Assembly: GCA_963785305.1 (NCBI GenBank) | Contig: CAWAUV010000009.1 | Location: 121,425-185,424, forward strand | Direction of reading: 5' to 3' | Length of the DNA: 64,000 nucleotides | Source of the DNA: an uncultured Planctomycetaceae bacterium | Lineage (GTDB): Bacteria; Planctomycetota; Planctomycetia; Pirellulales; PALSA-1355 | Shown: positions 11,568-20,578 of the stretch, one piece after another | Position numbering within the stretch: the stretch's first letter is position 1 | How the letters are laid out: each line of letters opens with the position of its first letter | Translations under genes and position numbers: made by a program | The notes under the pieces: model-generated | Seen by the model: only the letters and a program-made list of their open reading frames with translations | The model's database searches: none | What the model was told of the DNA's origin: nothing

Positions 11568-12563
11568 TCAGCGCGCGCCGAGCCGCCGCGCGGTGACGCT
11601 CACCGGCGCCGATTGGCCATCGAGCCCGGTCTGACGCACGACGACGGTGACCGTCGCTCGCTCGGCTTTTTTCATCATCGGCGGCGCTTGCAAGTCGATC
11701 GCCAGATCGAGCGCCGTCGTGGGGCCGACGCCGATCGTGTAAATCGGCACATTGAGACTCTTGGCCTTGGCCAGCGGCGGCGGGCCCGAATTCTGATCGA
11801 AGTCGCTCACCACCACCACGCCGGCAAGACTACCCATCGCGTGGCGCGAGCCAAGGTCTTCGAGCGCGGCGCCCAGGGCCGTGACTTGACCCCGAGTCGT
11901 GAGCTCTTCGGACCAGCGGCCGAAATCAATGCGATCCGTTTGGCCATCGCCCGATTCGAGTCCGGCGACGGCGTCGGGCCGCTCGAACACGAAACCCTTG
12001 AGGCGGAACTTTTCCTCGAGCTTCGCGAGCACATTGCCATCGCGCTTGCGCAGCCAAGCCCGCACATAGTCGGCCCGAGAGTGGCCGAGCTTCGAGTCGT
12101 CGAGCTTGGCGTCGCGCGGCGTGTCGGTCGCGGGCGCTTTCAAGGGTTGCTCCGCGACTTTCTCCGCGGCGGGCGCGGGTTTTATGTCGGCGGCGTCTTT
12201 TGAAGCGATGTTCGAGTCGACGCCGGTGGCCTCATTGAGCCGGGTCGCTTCGGCGGCGGGAAATTCATCGCGAATGTTCATGCTGTCGGTGCCGTCGAGC
12301 AGCACCCATACCAGCGGTCGCGGCCGGTTGCCCACCACCACGCTTAGCACCGGATCGGCCAGGAACAAGAGCAAGAGCGAAAGCGTGAGGGCTCGGGCGA
12401 CCCCCAGCGCGATGCGCGCCGCCCGCCGCCCGCGCGGCTGGCGCTTGATATAGACGAACAGCGCCAGAAACGAGAGCGCCACGCAACCAAAAAACACCCA
12501 GCCGCCGGCGCCATGGGCCCAGGGCGCGGCCAGCGATGGCGTGATTTGGCGGATCGAGGTCAC
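11568..12563 (-). CDS. BatA-like protein N-terminal region: double-TM aerotolerance N-domain plus vWA (MIDAS LLDGTDSM)
   Basis: N-terminal two TM helices and vWA domain. Intact 331-aa frame. Likely the 5' portion of a longer gene (see 10047..11538). Confidence 0.7.
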   Translation of the reverse strand: MTSIRQITPSLAAPWAHGAGGWVFFGCVALSFLALFVYIKRQPRGRRAARIALGVARALTLSLLLLFLADPVLSVVVGNRPRPLVWVLLDGTDSMNIRDEFPAAEATRLNEATGVDSNIASKDAADIKPAPAAEKVAEQPLKAPATDTPRDAKLDDSKLGHSRADYVRAWLRKRDGNVLAKLEEKFRLKGFVFERPDAVAGLESGDGQTDRIDFGRWSEELTTRGQVTALGAALEDLGSRHAMGSLAGVVVVSDFDQNSGPPPLAKAKSLNVPIYTIGVGPTTALDLAIDLQAPPMMKKAERATVTVVVRQTGLDGQSAPVSVTARRLGAR

Positions 12564-12612
12564 GTTTTCCAGGCCGAGCGCAGGCCGACGAGCTCCATGA
12601 GGTTCAGCGAGT

Positions 12613-13641
12613 TCATGGTGTTTGCTCCCGAGCCGAACGGGGCCAAGCCAGGATCGCCATTTCCACCAGCAGCGCTCCGAGCACCGCGGCGAGCAGCCAC
12701 TTCCACATGGTTTGCCCGCTCACATGCGCCCCGGCCACGCTGATCGCGTCGCCCGCGCCCACCCAGCGATAGCGAAGGCCCTCGCCCACGCGTTGCCGCA
12801 GCGCCGGCTCATCGAGCGTCGCGGGTTCCGATTCGCGTCCTGGACCATTGACGGCGAAGGTCGTCTCCCAGAGTTTGGCCGGCGCGTGGCTGGCATCGGC
12901 GCTGCCGTCGCCCTTGGTGGCGATAACCTTGTAAACGCCGCGATCGAGCGCTCCGCGCACCGTGACGCCATAGAGATCGGCGCCGAGCGCGTCGACCGAA
13001 AGCGGCTGCTCGGCGCCATCGGGCCGCACGACGCTATACGACGCATTGCGCTCCGTGATCGGCAAAACAAACGCATCGACCGCCATTAGATTTCGCGTGG
13101 GCAGCGTGTTTTGGAGCATGCCGCGCAGGAGGCGATCGACCATGAGCATCGCGTTGGTCTTGGGCAGCGTGTTCCAGGGACTCAGCATGCCGCTGGCCAT
13201 GAACACGACGCGCCCTTGGCCGATGGCCCGTTCGACGATAAATGGAATTTGATTGTCGAACGCGGCGAGCAGATGCGGTCGCTCGCGCTCGGCGCGTTTT
13301 TCGGGCGATTCGCCATGGCCCAGCTCGCTCTCGCGTTCGGCCCAAGCGAGCCAGTGCGGGTCGATCTCTTGGCGGCGGCGTTCGTCTTGCTCGCGCTCGT
13401 GGCGCATCGCGTCGGTGAGCTGGCCTTTGGCTTCGAGTTCCGACCAGTGGCGAGCGCGCTGGTCGGCGGCGGCGAGAAAGTTTTGTTCCTCGGCGATTCG
13501 CCGGGTTTCGTCGGCCTGAAGTTGCGCGAGAACTTCGGCCGAGAGCTCGGCTTCGGCGGTTTTGAAAAACACCGGCTCGCCATAGAGGGCGGCGAGCTCT
13601 TCGTCGGAAACATCGGCCAAACGAAAGTCGTCGTGGGTCAT
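12613..13641 (-). CDS. Hypothetical protein with C-terminal TM helix; probably the C-terminal half of the upstream BatA-like protein
   Basis: Start overlaps the upstream stop as ATGA. The upstream ORF ends in an Arg-rich junk tail, whereas an alternative frame (APLKPRLWGKTPEESPREAKPFSLAFKS) reads straight into MTHDDF. This suggests a single ~830-aa gene with an indel near 13713 (ccgcgccgc). Confidence 0.55.
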   Translation of the reverse strand: MTHDDFRLADVSDEELAALYGEPVFFKTAEAELSAEVLAQLQADETRRIAEEQNFLAAADQRARHWSELEAKGQLTDAMRHEREQDERRRQEIDPHWLAWAERESELGHGESPEKRAERERPHLLAAFDNQIPFIVERAIGQGRVVFMASGMLSPWNTLPKTNAMLMVDRLLRGMLQNTLPTRNLMAVDAFVLPITERNASYSVVRPDGAEQPLSVDALGADLYGVTVRGALDRGVYKVIATKGDGSADASHAPAKLWETTFAVNGPGRESEPATLDEPALRQRVGEGLRYRWVGAGDAISVAGAHVSGQTMWKWLLAAVLGALLVEMAILAWPRSAREQTP

Positions 13642-15131
13642 GCTTTTAAACGCGAGCGAAAACGGCTTCGCCTCGCGGGGTGATTCTTCCGGCGTTTTGC
13701 CCCACAGCCGCGGCTTGAGCGGCGCGGGAGCAGGCCCGCGCCATCGAGCCAGGCGGCGCGTGTCCAGGCCGCGGGATCGAAATCGGCTCCAGCCACGATC
13801 AAAAGCTGCCCGCCTTGCCGCACGAAGTCTCGCAAGAGCGGCACGCTCGTTTCCGGACTCGCCACTCCGGCCACGACCACGAGCCGGGCGTTTTCCAACA
13901 GCGGTCGGTCGACCTGATCGATGCGCACATGCTTGATCTCCACCAACTGCCGGGCCGCGTCGCCGCGGCTGGTCACCGGGGCGAGCAAGCGCCGCATCTG
14001 CCGCGACTCGCCGTAGCGGTTGCGCTTCGGGTCCTCGTCGTCGCCCAGTTGATCGACAAACACCACCGGCAGCGCCGCCACGACCGGAGCAATCAGATAA
14101 CGCGCGTCGTCGGCCGGTTGGCGATCGGCCGGAATCGACACCTTGACCGGCGTCGAAACCGGCTTGCCCGGCTCGACCGCGAGATCGAATTTATAGTGAA
14201 ACGTGACTTCGCGGCTTTGTCCCGAGGCAAGATCGATGTTTTGGCTAGCCACCTCCACGCCATCGACCGTGAGTGTCACCGGCACATGCTCGCGCGGCGC
14301 GCCCTCGAGCCGCACCACGGCGGTGAGCGCCGCCGGAGTCTCGACATCGGCCAAGCCGTCTTGCAAAGCGAAGCTGTCGATCCAGGCATTGTCGGGTTCG
14401 CCGGCCGCGATCGACACGACTTGCATTTCGGGCAATTCGGCCCCGTTCAAGGCGCTCGCGGAACCTTCGCCACCCGACCGCGAGTCGGCGAGCGACCGGG
14501 GCCAGTCGATCGATTGCTGGTCGCCCAAGAACACGAGGCGCGTGGCGTCCTTGAATTCCGGCGCCCGGGCCTGGGCTTCGCGGCCGGCGTCGATCGCGGC
14601 GAGAGCCGACACGGAGCGGTCGACGGTTTCGATCCGGTCGAGCGCGTCGCGGGCGTCCTCCTTCGCGCGATAGGGATCGAGCGCGAGCGGCGCCGCCGAG
14701 CCCGCGAGCGGGATCACGGAGATGCGGCTGCCTTCGGGAATCGCCTCGATGAATTCCTTGGCCTTGCCGCGGGCCTCGTCGAGCAGGGTGCGGCCCAGCG
14801 TTTCATGGCTCATGCTCAGGCTATTGTCGATCGCGAGCACGGCATGGATCGGCTGGCTATCGTCGGCTGCGTGGTCGGAGGTGGAAAACATCGGCCGAGC
14901 CAGCGCGAGTCCGAACAGAAGCAAAGCGGCGGTCCGCAAGACCAGCAGCACGAGATCGCGCAGTTGCAAGACGCGACGATTGCGGCGCACGGCTTCCAAT
15001 AGGAAATCCATCGCCGCCCATTCGACGACCTTGAACCGGCGACGATTGAGCAAGTGAATGAGAATTGGTCCGGCGGCGGCCACAAGGCCGGCCAAAGCGA
15101 ACACGCCGGCGCCGGGAGCAAAGTTCAACAT
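13638..15131 (-). CDS. BatA-like vWA protein (aerotolerance N-terminal double-TM domain, MIDAS VLAIDNSLSMS)
   Basis: N-terminus MLNFAPGAGVFALAGLVAAAGPILIHLLNRRRFKVVEW is characteristic of BatA N-terminal domains. vWA MIDAS DxSxS present. First gene of the minus-strand operon. Confidence 0.75.
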   Translation of the reverse strand: MLNFAPGAGVFALAGLVAAAGPILIHLLNRRRFKVVEWAAMDFLLEAVRRNRRVLQLRDLVLLVLRTAALLLFGLALARPMFSTSDHAADDSQPIHAVLAIDNSLSMSHETLGRTLLDEARGKAKEFIEAIPEGSRISVIPLAGSAAPLALDPYRAKEDARDALDRIETVDRSVSALAAIDAGREAQARAPEFKDATRLVFLGDQQSIDWPRSLADSRSGGEGSASALNGAELPEMQVVSIAAGEPDNAWIDSFALQDGLADVETPAALTAVVRLEGAPREHVPVTLTVDGVEVASQNIDLASGQSREVTFHYKFDLAVEPGKPVSTPVKVSIPADRQPADDARYLIAPVVAALPVVFVDQLGDDEDPKRNRYGESRQMRRLLAPVTSRGDAARQLVEIKHVRIDQVDRPLLENARLVVVAGVASPETSVPLLRDFVRQGGQLLIVAGADFDPAAWTRAAWLDGAGLLPRRSSRGCGAKRRKNHPARRSRFRSRLKA

Positions 15132-15366
15132 GCTGAAGACAACTTAAAAACAGACGAGGATGATGAAGAATATTGGCCACGGAAGGACACTGAATACACG
15201 GAAATCAAAATATTACAACCGATATGTTATCTGTCTGTTAAAGAGTAGCAACCCCGCATGCAAAAGCCGTCGACGATTGCTATTTCAAAGTCTTTTTCCG
15301 TGCCTTCCGTGTCATTCCGTGGCAAAATCTTTTTTTAACGATGAACTAGCGGTCGGCGCCGCGTAT
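15132..15366 (-). promoter_or_regulatory. AT-rich intergenic region upstream of the BatA/MoxR operon (probable promoter)
   Basis: About 45% GC in a ~68% GC context. Lies between the stop of the cyclase-like gene and the first gene of the 13-kb minus-strand operon. Contains TTCCGTG direct repeats. Confidence 0.3.
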
Positions 15367-16517
15367 TCACTGGCTTTTTGCTTGGAATTTATTGCGGAGC
15401 GAGTCGATCTTGCCTTCTTGCAAAATGGGAAGGTAGCGATTCGGAATCGCAAGAATAAAGCAGGCGACCGCCGTGCCATACAATTCGCCGGGACGGCCGC
15501 CGAGATGTCCGCCCGATTGCCAGACTCCATCGCGGCGAGGATCCTTGGCGTCGGACACTTGCGATTGGATCAACAGATCGCGCAGCTTGGGATAGTTTTC
15601 CTTCCAGGTGGGCCCGCCGACTTGATAGAGCGCCTGGCCCACGTAGTAGAGCGTATAACCATCGAACGGCACCTGGCCGCTGTGCGCGTTGGGCTTTTGT
15701 TCGTTGATGCCTTTGATCACGGCTTCCATGCTCTTGGCGATGCGCCAGTCGTCGTATTGACCGAACTCTTGCATGCACACCACGCCCGCGGCGGCCATGG
15801 CCACCGTGGCGCCATCGCCGCTTCGGCCATAGGTGAATTGGCCCGGAACCGCTTGCTGTTCGGCCTCGCTCGCCTTGCGCTGCCCGCCAGCGGGAGTGTA
15901 ATGATCGCGCACATCGCGAATCGCCGACTCGATCACTTCGGGCGGCACTTCGAGCCCGCTATCCACCGCGGTCGCAGCGCCTTGGCTTGCATCACGGCGA
16001 GACTAAGGTCGTGGCCATGCGACTGGCTCTTGGCCCGATAGTCCCAGCCGCCATCGCCGCACTGAGTGTTGGCGATCAGCCGCAGGGCGCGCTCGAGGCT
16101 GGCGCTGATCCGCGGATCGTTGGTCATGCCATCGGCTTGGCCGAGCACGAAGGTCGAGAGGCCATGGTTGTACATGTCGCGCTGCGGATCGCCCACATTC
16201 AACAGGCCGGAGGGACGCGCGTTTTGGAGCACATAGTTAAGGGCGCGATCGACATTCTGGCCGTAGCGGCCAATGCCGGGCGTGTGTCCGGCGGCCAGAA
16301 AGGCCAAGGCGCCGGTGCTCACCACGCCCAGATCGTTCGAGTCCCAATTGCCTTCGGCGCCCTGATTCGTCGACAGCCAGGCCAGCCCGCGGCGCAGGGC
16401 CGCTTCGCTCTCGGGCGTGATCTCCCAATCGCCTTCGGCCCGGCCTTGCGAGGCAAACGCCAGGAGCGACAGCAGCGCTGCCAGAATCGGCTTGATCGGT
16501 CGCGCGGTGCGTGCCAC
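15367..16517 (-). CDS. Prenyltransferase/squalene-oxidase-repeat (terpene-cyclase-like) secreted protein, split by an apparent frameshift near 15960
   Basis: Signal peptide MARTARPIKPILAALLSLLAFASQG. Motifs GNWDSNDLGVVSTGALAFLAAGH and QCGDGGWDY are typical of the squalene-cyclase repeat. The 15933..16517 frame ends in junk; the 15367..15966 frame continues with GQVPFDGYTLYYVGQALYQ... Confidence 0.55.
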
Positions 16518-16806
16518 GAGCGGTGCTCCGGAGCGGGGGACGAGGAAAACGAGCGGCGCCCGGCAAACCTCCGCTGCTGGGGACCGCGCGGACAGGCCCG
16601 GGAAATAGGCAGGGGCGCCATGTTCGTATTTTAATATGACGCTTCAGCCGATTCGGTTACGCGGCGGGCGAAAATATTTTTTCCAAAGGCCCAGCGATCG
16701 GGGCCATTTTCGTGGAAATCGAGCCAAGCCATTTGCTAGGGTCCTGGCTCCAAGCCCCTGGCAATTCTCATTGTTTACGCATCTTTTCGCCCCGCGAGGA
16801 AACTCC

Positions 16807-17366
16807 ATGACCCCGATTCGCGATCGTATCGTCGGCCTTCGCCGCGTGACCGCCAGCTCATTGCGGGCCAACCCGAAGAACTGGCGGACCCATCCTCAAG
16901 CCCAGCGCGACGCCCTGGCGCGGCGCTCGCGGAAATCGGCTTCGCCAGCGCTCTTTTGGCTCGCGAACTGCCCGACGGGACCCTGGAACTCATCGATGGC
17001 CACCTGCGGGCCGAAACCGCGCCCGACGCGGTTGTGCCGGTGCTGGTGCTCGATGTCGACGAGCGCGAAGCCGCCCAACTGCTCGCCACATTCGACCCGC
17101 TTTCGGCCCTGGCGGGCGTCGACACCGGTGCGCTCGAATCGCTTCTTGCCGAGATCGACTTCGCCGAGCCGGCGCTGCGGTTGCTCGCCGAGTCGCTGCT
17201 CGAAAAAAACGATTCGCCGGCCGAGCGCGACCATTCGCAAGACAAAGACCTTGAAACACCGGAACTGTATCAACTGGTGGTCGAATGCCAATGCGAATCG
17301 GAGCAGCGCGAACTGTTTGACCGACTGCGGGCCGAAGGTTTTCGCTGCCGGCTCGTGAATCTTTGA
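16807..17366 (+). CDS. ParB/Srx-like nuclease-domain protein (~185 aa), one apparent frameshift near 16925
   Basis: MTPIRDRIVGLRRVTASSLRANPKNWRTHPQAQRDALA, then by frame-joining GALAEIGFASALLARELPDGTLELIDGHLRAETAPDAVVPVLVLDVDEREAAQLL. This shows the ParB N-domain layout (conserved R-rich N-motif, then GxLRAE in place of GxRRxRA). Confidence 0.5.
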
Positions 17367-17423
17367 CGGGCCCGGCGCCGCCGCGAGCCCGTTGTTTTTT
17401 CCCCCCGAAAGGATTCCGCCCCC

Positions 17424-18660
17424 ATGCCAAGGATCGAAGCGACCGTCGAGTGTCTGATACATGATAGTTTTCGCGTGCAACAAGTCGCGGGCATGTTCGA
17501 TGTGCCGCTGGCCGAAAAGGCGACGGCCACGTTCGCGGTCGACGTGCCCGGCGTCGAGGAATCTTGGGACATTGGTCTGGTGGTCGGGCCTTCGGGCAGC
17601 GGTAAGTCGACGATCGCGCGCCGCGCGTTTGGCGACGCCGTGGCCGACCCCGGGACCTGGCCCGCCGATCGGGCGGTGATCGATTGCTTCGGCGACGCGC
17701 CGGGCCGAGAGATCACGGGCCTCTTGACCAGCGTGGGTTTTGGCTCGCCGCCGGCCTGGATCAAGCCCTACTCGGTTCTGAGCGGCGGCGAACGCTTTCG
17801 CTGCGATCTGGCGAGAGCATTGGCCCCCTGGGCTCGGGAGCGGTCGGGCTCGGAAACCACCACGGGCTCCGCGAGGCGCGATGCAAGCGACGGCGAGCTG
17901 GCCTTGCCGCCCGTGGTGGTGTTCGATGAATTTACGAGCGTCGTCGATCGGCAAGTAGCGCAAGTGGGTTCGGCGGCGATCGCCAAGGCGATTCGGGCCG
18001 GCCGGGTCGCATGCCGGTTCGTGGCGGTGAGCTGCCATTACGATGTGAGCGAATGGCTGGAGCCCGATTGGGTTGTCGATATGGCGAGCCGAACTTGCCA
18101 GCGGAGGCGTCTTCGGCGACCGGAAATTGTCATCGAACTTTTCCGCTGCCGCCATGCTCTGTGGTCGCTCTTTGCGCCGCATCATTATTTAAGCGGTTCG
18201 CTCAGCAAGATGGCGCGGTGCCATGTGGCGATGTGGCGCAGCGCCGGCTTGCTTTTGCGCCACGCTGCCGATCATTGGCCGCCGGGGCCACTGGCGCATC
18301 AGTCGGATCGTGACCTTGCCCGACTATCAAGGCATTGGGCTGGGCATGCGCGTGGCCGAAGCGGTGGCCGAGCAGCATGTGTCCCAGGGTCATCGGCTCA
18401 ATATCATTGCGAGCCACCCGGCGGTGATTTCGCACTGTCGTCGATCGGCCCGCTGGCGCACGGCGCGCGTCAAGCGGATTGGTTCGCGCCGAGCCGAGTT
18501 TATTCCCGGCTATCGCGGGGCGGTCGGCCGAGCGGTGGTGTCGTTTGAATATCGGCCGCTGGCAAGCGCGGAGACCGGCGGCGCGTCGGGGGCGAAAGCG
18601 AGCCGGCGCCCGAGTGACACACAGTTGTCACGGCATTGCCAGCATGGGGCTATTTTACGA
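17424..18660 (+). CDS. ABC-type ATPase (Walker A GPSGSGKST, signature LSGGERFR, Walker B VVVFDEFT, H-loop VSCH) fused to a GNAT-like C-terminal domain; split by a frameshift near 18210-18240
   Basis: Motifs seen directly. The C-terminal frame (18223..18798 ORF) contains RISRIVTLPDYQGIGLGMRVAEAV, resembling the GNAT Q/RxxGxG/A acetyl-CoA loop. The true 3' end is uncertain, about 18560-18680. Confidence 0.5.
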
Positions 18661-19137
18661 TCACTCGCTGATATAGTAGTTCCACGAAATTGGCCAGTAG
18701 GTCGGATTCCGAGCTTTCGAGGAGCACGTCGACTTTTTGATGGACGGCGCGTTTGTGGTTCATGGCTCGCACCGCGTCGGCGGCGCCTTCGAGCGTGAGC
18801 GCTCCGCCGCGCCGAAGCGGCTATAGAGCTCGTCGAAGTCGGCTTCCGACCATCCGGCAAGCAGCTCCTGATGCGTGGCCAGCACTTCTTCCACCAACGG
18901 ATTGGTTTGACGGTCAAACGCGCGATGGACCAGCAGCGACGGATCTTGAAACAACTCATCGACCGGCACTCCCAAGCCGGTTGCCAACCGATGCAAGGTG
19001 CGAGCCTGGGGCTTGTGCGCGCCCGCCAGAATCGCCTTGATCGTGTTTTCGTGCAGCCCGGTGCGGGACACGGCCTCTTGCACCGTGAGCCCGCTACGAG
19101 CCATCAGTCGACGGAGATTGGCGGCGTGGTCACGCAT
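18648..19137 (-). CDS. XRE-family HTH transcriptional regulator, with an apparent frameshift near 18810
   Basis: HTH segment NLRRLMARSGLTVQEAVSRTGLHENTIKAILAGAHKPQARTLHRLATGLGVPVDELF. The C-terminus continues sensibly in the +2 frame (GGALTLEGAADAVRAMNHKRAVHQKVDVLLESSESDLLANFVELLYQRVIVK) rather than the annotated Arg-rich tail. An alternative start at 19293 is possible. Confidence 0.5.
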
Positions 19138-19691
19138 CGGGGCGGTTTCGGGCAGGTTAATGGAATTCGATATCGTGATGGGGATCGGCGGGACACCTCG
19201 CAAGCGCGGGTAAGCGCCATCGACCAGCGTCTCGCGCAACGGCGTGCCTTGAAGCGGCGCCTCATCAAGTGGCAACCCGCCAAGCAAGGACATGCCCTCG
19301 GAATCGCCGCGGCGCACCGGGGAGCGCGGGTGTCGGGGGAATCCGTCGCACGGAGTGATGGGATCGGCGGTCAGGCCGGGAATGCGCGGAACCTCCCCCA
19401 AAAGCTTAGCTCGAAAAACGCGGCGTGGCCGCCGCTTCGCGGATTTTCGCCTCGAAGTCCGAACGTTCGCGTTCGGCGGCCGGCAGCCGAAATCCACCGG
19501 CTTGACGGCGGTACGTGTATATATGTATACTATCCGCCCGGGTGCGTCAACCGGCGCCGACCCCGATCTCCGCCAGGGCTCGCCGGGGGCGGCGTGCATC
19601 TGTCCCGGGGCGTCTTCTTGCAATTGCGCCGATTGGCGGTTTGCTACTTGTCGCTTGGCTACTTTTCTTGATCCACGAAGGCCGGTGCATC

Positions 19692-20108
19692 ATGGAGCTC
19701 GCTGGCGAACAACATCGAAACTATCGGGTCTGGATCGCGCGATGTGAAAACTGGCGTCCCACTCACTGGAGCGAATCACCACCGCATGCGCAGGCGGTCG
19801 AACCGGCGATGCCTGGCTGTTTGACCTGGGAGGAAGCCGCCAGTTTCGTCGAAGGGTTCAACGAAGCGGCGCTGAGTGAGGAATTTCCCGACGGGGAACA
19901 TGCCGGCGCCGAGTTTTCGCGCCGTGGCCGGCTTTGGGCCGTGGCGGTGCTTGTGGTCCCGCGGTTCGAGGGCGACTTGCGCGGGGGCAAAGGCTGGAAT
20001 CCTTGGCCTCGCTATTTGAAGCCCGCGATTGCGTGGCGATGCATTAACACGCGTTGGAGGGAGCCCCCCCCGACCGTGGCCGGCGCCTCGGACGTCGCCG
20101 CCGCATGA
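19692..20108 (+). CDS. Possible small hypothetical protein inside the long gyrA-upstream non-coding region
   Basis: ATG-initiated 138-codon ORF (MELAGEQHRNYRVWIARCENWRP...). Its GC3 is much lower than in neighbouring genes, so the coding status is doubtful. Confidence 0.2.
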   Translation: MELAGEQHRNYRVWIARCENWRPTHWSESPPHAQAVEPAMPGCLTWEEAASFVEGFNEAALSEEFPDGEHAGAEFSRRGRLWAVAVLVVPRFEGDLRGGKGWNPWPRYLKPAIAWRCINTRWREPPPTVAGASDVAAA

Positions 20109-20578
20109 GCACTTCGCTTACCAGCGCGGGTCGACTTCTGGAAGCACGCGATGCGCCGCTTGCGACAGCAATCGCAATTGGTTGGTAGCAAATAGTTTGC
20201 GACGCGGGTTCGCCAGTTGTGCGAACGCCAGGAATCGCTATACTAATCGCGACTCCAAACGCCGCCGCGGGCGACCGGGAGAAGAGATCGGCCGAGAGGC
20301 TCGCCACGGGTTTCGCCGTGCATTTTCCGGCGGGCTAGGCTTTTCGCCCCCCGATCGTTTTTCCCCAGCGGCGGCGCCGCAAATGGGCCGCATCGCTATC
20401 GGGCAATGTCACCATCAGGTAGCTCCGGCAGCGTTGCTATCGGGTGGGGGCCAATCGCGGGGCGCCGTGTTCGCCGCCTTGACCCGGCCCTCGGTTTTTT
20501 TCGGCGGCCCGATCGGCATTTTGTGAGCTGCGCCGCGAGTTCCGCCCGAATTCGATGAACACCTGAAAGGATTGGCTT

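Noticed and set aside
10047-12563. BatA-like gene with five frame breaks as a decaying pseudogene
   Set aside because: Break density is similar in gyrA and mutS, and junctions sit at G/C runs. Treated as an error-riddled intact gene, though labelled pseudogene for the worst segment because function cannot be asserted from the sequence as given.
13815-16041. ORFs 13815..15002 (+) and 15160..16041 (+)
   Set aside because: Antisense to the BatA-like and cyclase-like genes. Junk-like Arg/His-rich translations.
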